Part shown: positions 37,514-49,490 of the stretch, piece by piece
How positions within the stretch are numbered: the stretch's first letter is position 1
How the letters are laid out: each line of letters begins with the position of its first letter
Assembly (NCBI RefSeq): GCF_018977255.1
Contig: NW_024704742.1
Location: forward strand, 112,718,001 to 112,782,000
Source: Callorhinchus milii
Lineage: Eukaryota
DNA length: 64,000 bases
Direction of reading: 5' to 3'
Translations under genes and position numbers: made by a program
Notes under the pieces: generated by a model
Told to the model about the DNA's origin: nothing
The model's database searches: none
The model's input: the letters and a program-made list of their open reading frames with translations, nothing else

Positions 37514-37834
37514 GTGAGCTTGTGTGTTGTTCCACAGCTGCTAGACATATCGCTTTGACTGACAGACAGACAGTACCCTTGTGTGAAGTGGAGCATTTCT
37601 TACAAGTTTTACAAAAGTGTTACATTTAACAGCACAACCAATAACTGATAGCATTTGGCTATGAGGCAATGAGTTTGAATATGATGTGAGATTAGGATAT
37701 TGTGAAGCAACATTTTTCTCTAAACTGGCATGCAGTATTGCTTAGATTTTCTTCTTCTATGTTCCCTTTCAATTTTCCCCACTCCCCAGGTAAGTAGGGG
37801 GTTAGGAGGTCACAGAAGCTCTAATGGGTAGATT

Positions 37835-38153
37835 AGTCGAAGCTGGACAAGCAGTGGGAAAGCTTGCCGGGCAGTGTCTTCAATGGCAAGCTATGCGGTT
37901 TTTGCTGGTTAGAATCTAGCAGTAACCCAAAGCAAACTCTAGGGTCCTGAAGCCTTGGCTCTTGCCAACCTTGAATTAGGTAAACAGAATCCATCCCTCC
38001 AGGGATTGCATCCTGCAATTCCATTGCATTCCAGTGAACATCTCTGGAATTTTTATGTGCAGGTGGATGTATGGAACTTTGTTTGATTTGGATACTCTTA
38101 AGCATGACGATGTGTTTACGCGCATACCAGAAATCCGGCTGACCAAAAAAAAA
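37835..38153 (+). mobile_element. Unclassified GGCTGACC-poly(A) retroposon
   Basis: Colinear with 44625-45093; ends CCGGCTGACC(A)9. Confidence 0.75.
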
Positions 38154-38498
38154 CAAATGAGCTTGGCTGACAACTGCTAAGATAAGCATATCAAGGGAAT
38201 CTTTTGGGAAGATGGATTGGCGGGTGAGATTAATCAACCTTTAAAAGGGTGCTGAATAAACATTTCAAGAGAAATAATACAAAGGTTGGGAGAAAGCATT
38301 TCGCCCACAAATATATAGCCAATTCACTTTACAGTATATTCTGTGAAGCGCTATGAGACATCTCAAGATGTGATAAGGGGCTATATCAAATGCTTATTAT
38401 TATTTATATGGTTCCACAAGCATCAGTTAGCTTCTGATACCTCATTCAAGTGATTTTGCTCAGTTTCGCCTACAAAATACACAATCAATCCACTTTCT

Positions 38499-38827
38499 GG
38501 AGTCCTGTAGCTCAGTGGTTAGAGCACTCGCTTTGCAAGCGAGAGACCTGAGTTCAATTCCAGGCAGAGGGCGAAACCTTGGGCAAGTTTCCTTACTCCA
38601 CACGCCTAATAATAATCCCTCCAAAAAACAAAAACAATAATTAAATTGGTCATTTTCAATCTATGACTGTTTGTGGGACATTGCTGTGCGCAATTGGCTG
38701 CCGCGTTCGCCCACAAATATACAGTCAACTCACTTTACAGTATATTCTGTGAAGCGCTTTGGGACGTCCTCCCGACGTGAAAAGCGCTATATCAAATGCA
38801 AGAATTATTATTATTATTATTATTATT
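38499..38827 (+). mobile_element. Young tRNA-Ala SINE nested in an older SINE tail (38462-38905)
   Basis: The older tail CCACTTT|TACAGTG is split by the insertion. Confidence 0.95.
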
Positions 38828-40444
38828 TACAGTGTATTTTGTGAAGCGCTTTGAGATGTCTCAACAATGTGATAAGGTACTTTAACAAATGCAAGGATTA
38901 TTCTTATGATTCTTATTATTCTTGCTTGTGTGCCAAGATTTAGCCTCTGTCTGATTTAATTAGAATGGGGAAGAAGCAATGGCTTTCAGAAGTCAGACCT
39001 GTTCTACTTGACATGCACACACCTTTGAGTAGGAATTCAAAATACAATAAACTCCTGATAGCTCATCACCCCATGGGAAAAGTGACGAGTTATCTAGAGT
39101 GGCGAATTTGACATAAGTATAAATATATAACTAAATGTGTCCAAAATTTGACAGCATGATGACTTAAGTGGTAATTACAAGTTAAGGCAGGGTCGAATTA
39201 TTAGGAGTTTCTTGTATTAATAATCTTTGACATAAGTTATAATGCCTACACTGTCAGAACACACTTAACAAGTATTTACTATCAAGTGAAGTGAAGTATT
39301 AGTAGGCTAATACTGGAACCAATTTCTGTTCAGCTGCGAACTGAATCAACTTGCAAATCCTCTGCACGGTGAAAGGTAGATGAGAAACATAATTAAAGAT
39401 TTCTTTGATTAAGGAAGTATTTTTGCATACAAAATCCCCAGACAGACATAAAACCTATTGTTACCCTTTCTGATGTCATGCACAAACTATCACTCTGATG
39501 GTGGATCCAGCTGTAATAAACACAACCAACAAAGATATGTAATTCATGATGCATGAAGTCAATTGTCTCTGAGTTGAAATGAAGCAGATTTGTGAAGGGA
39601 AAAAAAATAGTCCACTCTCATGATTCCCAGCTTTCTCAATCTCAGTTGTAAAAGGTTTCTCGTATCAGATTTAAATAATTAGGAAACCTGGAACTTTACA
39701 CCAGTTGACTTTGGATTTTCATTGGGCTTGTTGAACATTTGGATGTGGACAAAACAATTATAATTTTCCACTACTCACAACCTTTTGAGAACAAGATGTG
39801 TGTTTTTGACAAACTGCAATCCTGGGGATATGGCATATTCTCTCACACCATTGTTGAGAAGAAGCCACAGTTATTGATTGATTTCTTGACATGCTGCTGA
39901 TGTAGACTTGGCTTATTACTTATTTGTGTTGTTCAATCCCTCAGTGTGAGAGCAAAAGCTTTGAAATATCAGAGTGAAACAAAAATTCATTCATTGTTGG
40001 TAGGTTTTCTGACCTTTTCTTGAAAAATCCAGATGTTTCGCCCTGTTCTCTCTGCTCTAAGTGTACATTCTTCAAGACATTGAGTGATAACACAATCAGC
40101 ACAAAATAGAGTTGAAAGTTATCGAGTTCATTTATCATTTAAGATCCCGTGGCACGATATGAAAAGAGGAGGGTATTTCTCCCAGGAACCTGAACAACAA
40201 TCTCCAGATAAAATTGATCATTCATTTCTTGACTGTTCGTAGGACATTGGCTGCATTTTCACCCACAAAATGCACATTATTATTACTGAAAGATTCTTAC
40301 CTTGGCATAAGACACTGCATTTAAATTCAATCACATTAAATAATCATATAAAATGAAGACACCAGTAGTTAGGAACATAGGAACAAGAATAGGTTACTTG
40401 ACCCATTGAACGTGCTTTTAGTCTAAGACAACTCTCTTTTCCCT

Positions 40445-40830
40445 GTCTCTCACCTCTGAGTCAGAAGGTTGTGGGTACAAGTCTCAACATTAAGAATTTG
40501 AACTCACATTCTGGGCTGCCATTTTTGAGGGTTTTCTGCATGATCAGGGGTGCTGTCCTTTGGATGAGATGTTAAAACTCGTTGAAGTGGATGTTAAAGA
40601 TCCCATGGCACTCTCAAAAAGAGAAGGGAGTTTCTCATGGTGTTCTGTCAACAATCCCCCAAATTGTCCATCACTCATGGCTATTTGTGGGACATTGTGG
40701 TGTGCAAATTGGCTGTTATGTTCACCCACAAATATACAGTCATGACACTTGAAAGTAAAATCTTGTGAAGCACTTTGAGACATCTCGATACCACTATAAG
40801 GCACTAAATCAAATGCAATGATAATTATTA
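40445..40830 (+). mobile_element. DeuSINE
   Basis: CTCTGAGTCAGAAGGTTGTGGG; TTTGGATGAGATGTTAAA; TTAAAGATCCCATGGCAC; tail. Confidence 0.88.
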
Positions 40831-41259
40831 ATTAACACAATGTGTCAATTTAATAACCTCATAATACTTAATATATTGACTGGTCCCCGAGTGTGGTGGA
40901 GGTGGAAACCCCCTCACCTTCACAATACCCTTCTGAGAAGCCAGGCTTCCAGTTAGCAGGTTGCTTGCTTTGCTCTTTTTTTATATAATAATCATCCTTG
41001 TGATTGCTATGCAAGGTTTGTTTTCAGGTTGAGAGACCATCTCAAAGTATTTCACATGATTTGCTGTAAAGTAGCGACTGTGTGTTTTGCAGGCAAAAAT
41101 GGCAGTCAACATGCACACAGCAATGATCTGCAAACAGCTACATAGTGAATACAGTAAAACATAAGTCATATTAGTTGGGACCATTTATGAGCTATGGTAA
41201 ACTTGCATAACTTGTATTATGTATGATTTATGTAAAGTTATGTATAAGTTGGATTTATA

Positions 41260-41365
41260 CAGGGTGACCAAAAGTTGTGATATCTACGCATTATCTAAAA
41301 AAAATCATAATTTCTTTAAGATTTATTAGACATTGTAATGGTGTCATGACGTTTTGGTCACCCTG
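41260..41365. mobile_element. Tc1/mariner-type MITE, 106 bp, TA TSD
   Basis: TA|CAGGGTGACCAAAA ... TTTTGGTCACCCTG|TA: perfect 14-bp terminal inverted repeat that extends imperfectly inward. Confidence 0.85.
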
Positions 41366-41459
41366 TATGTGTAACACATAACAAGTACACAAGTACTGTA
41401 CTGTACTTGCTGGTGACATTAAGGCAAGGTTTCTATACCATGATTAACCCATGCATATT

Positions 41460-42330
41460 ACAACAACAACTTGGATTTATATAGCGCCCTCCACGCCGGA
41501 CAGCATCTCAGAGCGCTTTACAACTTAGGATCCCAGGACCGAGCCAGGGGGAGGGGAGGAAGGTGTCCAAAGGCGCGGTCAAAAAGGAAGGTCTTCATCT
41601 GAGACCTGAAAATAGGAAGAGCATTAGCAAGGTGAAGGGAGTGAGGAAGCCTCGGGGCATAGTGGCTGAAGGCACGGCTGCCGATGATCAAGCGGAGGAT
41701 TTGGGGGATAAGGAGGAGGCCAGACCAGGTGGAGCGAAAGCAACGGGCATTGTTGTGGGGAGAGAGAGGTAGGGGGGTGCAGAGGAGTGGAGGGATTTGA
41801 AGACAAGGGTGAGGATCTTGAAGTCGATCCTCTCTGGGACAGGCAGCCAGTGCAGTCTGGCAAGGAATGGGGTTATCGGGGAGTGGAGTTTATAATACTA
41901 AAATAATCCTTGCATTTGATATAGCGCTTTTCACGTCGGGAGAACGTCCCAAAGCGCTTCACAGAACACACTGTAAAGTGAATTGACTATATATTTGTGG
42001 GCGAACGCGGCAGCCAATTGCGCACAGCAATGTCCCACAAACAGTTGTAGATTGAAAATGACCAATTTTATTATTGTTTTTGGTTTTGGAGGGATTATTA
42101 TTAGGCATGTGGAGTAAGGAAACTTGCCCAAGGTTTCGCCCTGCCTGGAATTGAACTCAGGTCTCTCGCTTGCAAAGCGAGTGCTCTAACCACTGAGCTA
42201 CAGGACTCCACGAAGTCGAAGACTCCAGTTTGGTGCAGGTAAGAATGCAGGCGGCAGAGTTTTGAAGGATCTTGTGAATGGTAGTGGAAGGGACACTGGC
42301 GAGGAGGGCATTTGAATAGTCCAGCCATAT
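41460..42330 (-). mobile_element. L2 3' fragment interrupted by a SINE (41892-42209)
   Basis: (CAA)n tail; LHWLP..IDFKIL on one side and LDYSNALL..LQNSAA on the other. Confidence 0.88.
41892..42209 (-). mobile_element. Young tRNA-Ala SINE, short subfamily
   Basis: Reverse complement of the consensus. Confidence 0.95.
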
Positions 42331-43094
42331 TAAACCTATGGCAGCCCATTCTTTCCATATACAGTACCGCACAGTACTGTACCTCATGTGCAGAAAACAT
42401 GTACTGCACAAAAAATGGCCAAATAGGTTTCAAAACACAACTGTTTTAATAGAATATAAACTTTAATTTGCATTTAATTGGGGTACCTGCACTGCCTGAT
42501 TCCATAATGGCTGCTCAAAACCTCATCTTCGGTGCTTGTTCACTGTTCTGTACTGCGTATGCGATCCTTCAGCATTGCAGCCAGTAAGTGCGCAAGGCAG
42601 TGATGGGTCCCCTTCGCTCTCCACATGATCAGGAATTCCCAGCCTCCTCGAGCGGAGGATTTGGGTGACAAGGAGGAGGCCAGACCCGGTGGAGCGAAAG
42701 CAACTGTCACCTGACGCTCTTTACCCCCACCCCCTCCCCGCCACCAACTGTGGTGTGTGATGAGTTGATGTTATGACCCTGGGAGGGCGTGTAAAGCATT
42801 GGGGTGCATATGTGCGGTTTTCCATTTGAGGCAGGCCATGGGAAACAAAGTTTTGACCCGGCAACCGATAAATGCAGTAGTGGCATTATGAGTTACGGTT
42901 AATACGACTTGTGCATATTGATTTCTGGATTTTAAAGAAATTGAAATGGATTCGGGTGGATGTACGACTTAGGTGATAATACAATTCATACAGATAAGCC
43001 AAGCCAAAACTCCGTTTTTAATAACAAGCATATACATAGCACCCTGTATGTAAATAATGTCTTGAGGAATTTTTTTGATTTGTGCCCTGAGATG

Positions 43095-43280
43095 TGTAAT
43101 GTCCTCCTGAATAAGCAACCAGGTCCTTGGTTTAACATCTTATCTGAAGGATGACACCTCCAACAACGCTCCCCAACACTGTATAGAAGTGTCATCCCAG
43201 CTTATGAGTTCAAAGCCTTAACTCTTCTGATTCAGAAGCAAGAGTGTTACCAACTGTTGCCAACTCAGCTACGCTGACAC
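43095..43280 (-). mobile_element. DeuSINE 5' part
   Basis: CCTTGGTTTAACATCTTATCTGAAGGATGACACCTCC. Confidence 0.7.
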
Positions 43281-44449
43281 CTGACTCAGTTGATAGCACT
43301 CTCAAACTCAAACTAATTGGTTACTCATCTCGTGGTTGTTTATGGGATTTTGCAGATACAGATTTACTACTGCATTTGCCTCAACAACAACATTCACTTA
43401 ATATACAATTAATTTTATTTTTTATAGCACTTTGTGATATTTGTTTTATCAATCTATATGCATTCAGGTTATTAAGATTATTATCCCTCTAGTTGGCACT
43501 TATTTTTATTTAGTTTTTGAGCAAAATTAAGAAAGTTGCTGATGTTTATGACAAGTCCATTTCTACTGTGCTATCTCCATATATATTACTTATATATATT
43601 ACTTGCTAAGTTAAAGTGACACTCATATACCGTTCTGGGGAGCATTGGAAGTGTCATCCTTCAGATGAGATGTTAAACCAAGGACCTGGCTGCTTGTTAA
43701 ATATCTCATGGCATGATTCGAAAAAAAACCTCTGAGACATTATGATTTTCTTCTTGTCAGTTTAGACTGACCACTATATCAAACTTCACCACGCACAACC
43801 AAAAAGAAAGAAGATTAAGCAATCAGTCTTTTTATAATCATGTTCTTTTGTTGGCTTTTAAATATTAAATTGCTTCATGCACACATTTAGTTTCAAATAA
43901 TACCTAGTTTTGACTGAAGAGGCATTTCTCTTGAACCAATTGCCTTGCCTATTATGCCTGACAATTGTAATTTCCACAGATTGATGAAACACTAAATCCA
44001 TGTCCCCAACACAGACACATTTACTTTAAATAAAACCATCAGTGTCAAAAAGGACACCATTACTCCAGAGAGTGCTTCCTTTACGCCAGAATTGATGTTT
44101 TCTGACTATCTTTTTCAAAGATACTCAAGAATTTCAAATTGCTTTTCTTGCAAAAAATGTTCTTTGAAGTAACAAATATAAAGCATCAGAAAAATACGGC
44201 AATTAAAACATTTTAAATGTTTTTGTTTGGAAATAGTATATTTTTTTCTTTCCATGGCATGCTGTGAACATTTTTTTACAGAGAACAATGCAAACGTGTA
44301 CATTTTTTACTGCCTCCTTTCGCAAAACAGCTTTTTTGTAAATTTCTATCTTTAATATTCCCTAGCACTGAAATCACCATCTCAAGGTGTCTATAATATT
44401 CATGGTTTGCAACAGAATGTCAGAACCGAATCTATTATCTGTCGTGTTC

Positions 44450-45093
44450 TCTGTAGTCTAGTTCCTGAGTCAGGTGGGTCTGCAGTTTTTCAGGAAACTG
44501 CTAGTGATAAACCATTCCCTCACTCATCAGTAAGACTTGAAGGCAGAACAGTCACCGAGGACAGAGGCTCATCCTATTTATTTCCTGTTAACTCTGCAAG
44601 GCAAAGCCCTAACAAGTAGGGTGGTCTTAGCTGGACAAGTAGCAGGTAGCTTGCCAGACAATACTCTTAATGGCAAGCTATGTGGGTTTACTTGGTTAAA
44701 CTCTAGCAGTATTCCCCAACGCATACTCTAAGGTCCACATGTCATGGCTCTTGCCAACCTGCACTACTTAATACATTACAATTTCACATTGGGAGGACGT
44801 CCTTAACACTCGTTCGCAGTCAATCTACAATATCTTGTGAAGCACTTTGAGACATCTCAATCATGTGAAAGGCACTGTATCAAATCCAAGGATTATTATT
44901 ATTATAACATTATTATATCTATATTTCTGAATTATGTAAGTAGGACACATCCCTCTGGAGAGCGTATGCCTTATCCATTCCAAATATGTAAATGTTTGTG
45001 TGCAGGTGGCATGCATGGTGTGGATAGTGTTGTGGATACTGTTAAACACAGTGATGGGTTTCTGCATGTATCAAAACACCCGGCTGACCAAAA
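44450..45093 (+). mobile_element. Unclassified GGCTGACC-poly(A) retroposon, interrupted by a SINE tail (about 44765-44925)
   Basis: Colinear with 37835-38153 and the reverse complement of 18174-18670; ends CCGGCTGACCAAAA. Confidence 0.72.
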
Positions 45094-45654
45094 CCCAGCA
45101 TTCACCAGCATTGAAATCACCTTTCCATAAGTACATTTGTTTTCAGACTGCACATCTTATGTAAAGCTTACCATCAGGTTACTCACATATCGTTAAGATT
45201 TAGAAATCTCAAGCTTGTACTTGGCCAGTGATCAGACAGCAGTACTGTTGTTGCTGTTGTTGTTGTTAAGTTCAGTCTTAACTTCGAAGCCACTGCTTCA
45301 CTGCTGTGCACACTTTACTGCTGTATGCAATTGGCTGCCATGTTTTGCCCACAAAATATACAATCAATCCAGTTTATAATATATTCTGTGATATGCTTTG
45401 AGACATCTCAACCATGTGGTAAGGTGATATACCAAATGCAAGGATTATTGTTTTTAATTAGCTTACGAGAGACATGGTAGTTCTGGATAGAAAGTAGATG
45501 CACATTCAGCTTGTTTGCCTGGTATGGGAACAGAAACATAAAGGAATGAGAAAGTTCACTTTTCAATTCAACTGAGAGCGTTGGAGGAAAAATGACACTC
45601 CACAAATTGTGAGCAGTAAGAGTGTTCTAGAGAACTGTGTTTGAATAATCCAAT

Positions 45655-46355
45655 AATAATAATAACAGTCCTTGAATTTGATATTTCAGGTCAGGAGGAC
45701 ATCTCAAAGTGCCTCACAGGATTTACTGTGGAATGTTGTGACTGTATTTTGTAGGGGAGTCCAGCAGCCAATTTGTGGACAGCAATGTCCTACAAACGTG
45801 GAGTCCTGTAGCTCAGTGGTTAGAGCACTCGCTTTGTAAGCGAGAGACCTGAGTTCAATTCCAGGCAGGTCAGGGCGAAACCTTGGGCAAGTTTCCTTAC
45901 TCCACACGTCTAATAATAATCCCTCCAAAACCAAAAACAATAATAAATTGGTCATTTTCAATCTACGACTGTTTGTGGGACACTGCTGTGCGCAATTGGC
46001 TGCCGCGTTCGCCCACAAATATACAGTCAATTCACTTTACAGTGTGTTCTGTGAAGCGCTTTGGGACGTCCTCCCGACGTGAAAAGCGCTATATCAAATG
46101 CAAGGATTATTATTAAACAAGCAATGAAATGATTGATCAAATTTATCTGGGGAATTGTTGACCAAGACACTGGTAGAAAATCCTTTCACTTCTTGAATTT
46201 AATGTCTCATCTGAAGAACACCAGATCCGGCAATGCAGTACTTCCCCAACACTGCACTCAAGTGTCAGCCTGGACTGTGAGTTCAAAGACCTGACATTGA
46301 GCTTGAACTCACAGTCTTCTGACTCAGAGGCAGAATGCTACCAACTGAGCCAGGA
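45655..46355 (-). mobile_element. DeuSINE split by a young SINE
   Basis: CAATGTCCTACAAAC | AAACAAGCAATGAAATG rejoin; head CTTCTGACTCAGAGG near 46320. Confidence 0.8.
45800..46114 (+). mobile_element. Young tRNA-Ala SINE, short subfamily
   Basis: Full consensus. Confidence 0.95.
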
Positions 46356-46559
46356 TAATCCTTGAAGCGAGTTCTTTGTGTTGCCAAAATAACATCTATT
46401 CTGCTTCTTAGTATATTGGCTTGGTTCAGATGTAATTTTTCATTCAATTATGCCAACTGTAGCAGCTTAATTTAAATTCAAATATTCAATTGCACAACAC
46501 GTTTGCTGGAATGTGCAAATGATTCTTGCAACACTTTATCTTCTGATGGTGGGATTATC

Positions 46560-47730
46560 ATAATAATAATTATCCTTGCATTTGATATAGCAGTTTATCA
46601 TGTTGTTGAGACATTGTCCAGCGCTTTGGGATGTCCTCCTGATGTGAAATGCACTATATAATTGTAATTTGTTGTTGTCTCAAAGCACTTATTATAGTAC
46701 AAATGTTCTGCCTTAGTGCAAAATCAATAATAATGACAGCAGAATGTATAATTCCAAGGAAATATTATCTCAGATTGTCATAATGAATGATTTTTCGTAA
46801 CAGTTTAATACAATATTTATATAATAATAATCCTTACATTTGATATATTATGTTGTTGAGATGTCTCAAAGCAATTCACAGAATATATTGTAAAGTGGAT
46901 TGACTGCATATATTGTGGGTAAAACGTGGCAGCCAATTGCTCACAGCAGTATCCAACAAATAGCGTGGATTGAGTGTAGAAGATTATTAATACATTTTTT
47001 AATTAATCTGTTTTCATGAGCAGATCAAATTAATTTGTTTTACTAATTTTAATAAACATGTAACTTTGCAGTCTGCAAGATATTGTTGAATGAGATCTGA
47101 ATTGCATATTTTGTTATAGGCACGAATTATGCAGTACATGGTTATATTACAAGGAAGAACTTGCATTGTTCCTGAGACATCTCAAAGCACTTCACAGGAT
47201 AATAATAATAATAATCCTTGCATTTGATATAGCTCTTTTCATGTCTTCTAGGCATCTCAAAGTGCTTCACAGAATGTACTGTATAGTGAATTGACTGCAT
47301 ATTTGTGGGCGAAATGCTATACAGTAAAGTGGATTGACTGTATTTTGTGGGCAAAACAATTACTGTACTTACTGCTAATGTGCAATGATTGTATTTTGGA
47401 GGCAAAATGTGGCAGCTATTTTGTGCACAGCAAAGTCATACAAACAGTCATAATAATAATAATCCTTGCATCTGATATAGCAAATGCATTTGCTTGCATT
47501 TGATATAAATTCTAGACGTCTCAAAGCGCTTCACAGAATATACTGTAAAGTGAATTGACTATATTTGTGGGCGAAATGCGGTAGCCAATTGCGCACAGCA
47601 ATGTCCCACAAACAGTCATGGATTGAAGTGACCAATTTTATAATTTTTTTTCTTGAGGGAATATTATCAGGCATGTGGAGTAAGGAAATTTGCCCAATGT
47701 TTCGCCCTGCCGGGAATCAAACCCAAGTTA
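46560..47730 (-). mobile_element. Pile-up of nested SINE tails plus one near-complete SINE (47493-47727)
   Basis: Repeated AATAATCCTTGCATTTGATATAG-type tails at about 46560, 46820, 47200, 47450 and 47495. Confidence 0.85.
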
Positions 47731-48917
47731 ATGTGGAGGATTGTTGTGCAGGACAATGAGACTTTTATCCATAATCTGTGGACCCAGAGGAAAGAGTGAT
47801 TCCATTTAGGACATCTCAGGGTGGCTCAGTTGTGAAACCTAGTAACCCCTCTCTATAATTCTTTTTTGGCAAACTAACAACACTGACAAATTAGTTCTAG
47901 ATTGCATCTAAATGAAGAGCTATGCTACAATAAGCACTATTTTGGAGGCAGAAGCATTACAGAGCATGGTGGATTTACTGAAATAGGAATTATCTTTTTC
48001 TTAAAAAATGCTAAACTGCTAATCTTATACTCTCTGAATTCTAGCAAGAATGTTGGATTTTTTAATGTAAATTTTTTATGTGTTTTGTTGTCTTTTAAAT
48101 ATTCATTGTACATATTAATTATGGATTGACTTTGGAATGTACTGGGGATCATTTATAGATATTTAATTTACTTTGGCAGTGAATGACAGTCAATACTTTA
48201 ACTGTGTCTTTCAGTGAGTACTAATATTATATTTAACTGTTTTTATTTAATTTGATTCCCTGGTTCTCGATGTAGGCAGTGAATTCAATATTGCTTTGTG
48301 CTGTGCTTGGATTGACAGTTTCTTTCTCCCAACAATATCCTGACCTGATCAACTCATTTTCTGGGACCATGAATAACATTCCATATAACGTTGATGAAAT
48401 TGTTCAGTCACTTCTCGTCAGCACCTCATGAGATCTTTCAAACCTTTTGATAAGGAGTGCCCTGGTGTGAAGAAACCGGAAACCTCATGAAAGTTCACAA
48501 AAAAAAGCTTTGCTTTATCCAAAGCTTTTGATTTCCACAGGCAAAGTAAATGTATTTTTTCTGAGAATCTGAAAACGAAACAGAAACACAGATCAATCAG
48601 CATCTGAAAGAGAAAGACAGAGGCATGCCAAATTGTTAACCTGTTTTTTTTTCTTTTTCACATGCTAATTCACCTACTATGGTTTTCTGGCAGTTCTGAT
48701 TTTTGTTTCAAAATTAATTCTGAACTGCTTCCGTTCATGGTTTGACATGAGATTTCAAAGGTCAATTTCATTCTGCTGAGTCTTTGGACTCATTAAAATG
48801 AAGCAGGACCCATGGCTGGATTACAACACAGATCCAGTGGTGATTTGACTCTCTATTGTGGGCTAACCTGTAATAAAGAAAATGTCGCTAACTTTGAGTG
48901 GTACTCTTGGATTTTAT

Positions 48918-49490
48918 GTGGTCAGACAGGTATATGTCACAAGCGGAAACCCATTGTCATGCTTACGAGAATTCAAACCAGACTAACAGTTCCACATATG
49001 GAGGCCACCTACACATGAAAATGTCTCCGTGTCTGGAATGGAATGCGTACTCTCTCCTTAGAGAGACACACCCTGCATACCTAATTCCAGGAAATATTAG
49101 GCACAGGTTGCCAAGAGGCAAAGATTGGCAAAAGGGAAAGGTTGGCAGGAGGACTTCCGATTGTCCATTAGATACTGCTGGAGTTTAAACAGGTAATTTA
49201 CCACAAATATCATTGAGAGCACTGTATGCTAAACTTCCCACTGCCTTTGGCTTGCTCGGTCAGCAGGAGCTGAGTAGGAAAAATCATTGCCCACAGTGAC
49301 TGGTCTGCCTTTCCAAGTCCTGTTGATGAGTCAGGCTGGCTGGACTGTCATCAGCAATGCCCTGGAAAACTGAGGACCTGGCTGGCTCAGCAACTGGACT
49401 CTCAAGGCCGCCACTGAGGGTTGACTCGATGCTGACATTTCATTGTCAAGCCTGTCACCTTGGAGTTAGGTCAGTAACAAGGAAAACTCC
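48918..49490 (-). mobile_element. Unclassified GGCTGACC-poly(A) retroposon, diverged copy
   Basis: Colinear with 18180-18740 (GCGGAAACCC..CATGCTTA; CAGGCTGGCTG..CTGTCATCAGCA; GTCACCTTGGAG). Confidence 0.7.

Noticed and set aside
48420..48620. Minus-strand tandem splice acceptors
   Set aside because: No convincing donor or recognisable peptide, and it is opposite to the better + strand candidates.
49321..49370. Hammerhead ribozyme in the unclassified repeat (TGATGAG hairpin; CTGATGAG on the minus strand near 44525)
   Set aside because: No GAAA directly closing stem II and no stem I/III with an NUH cleavage site.
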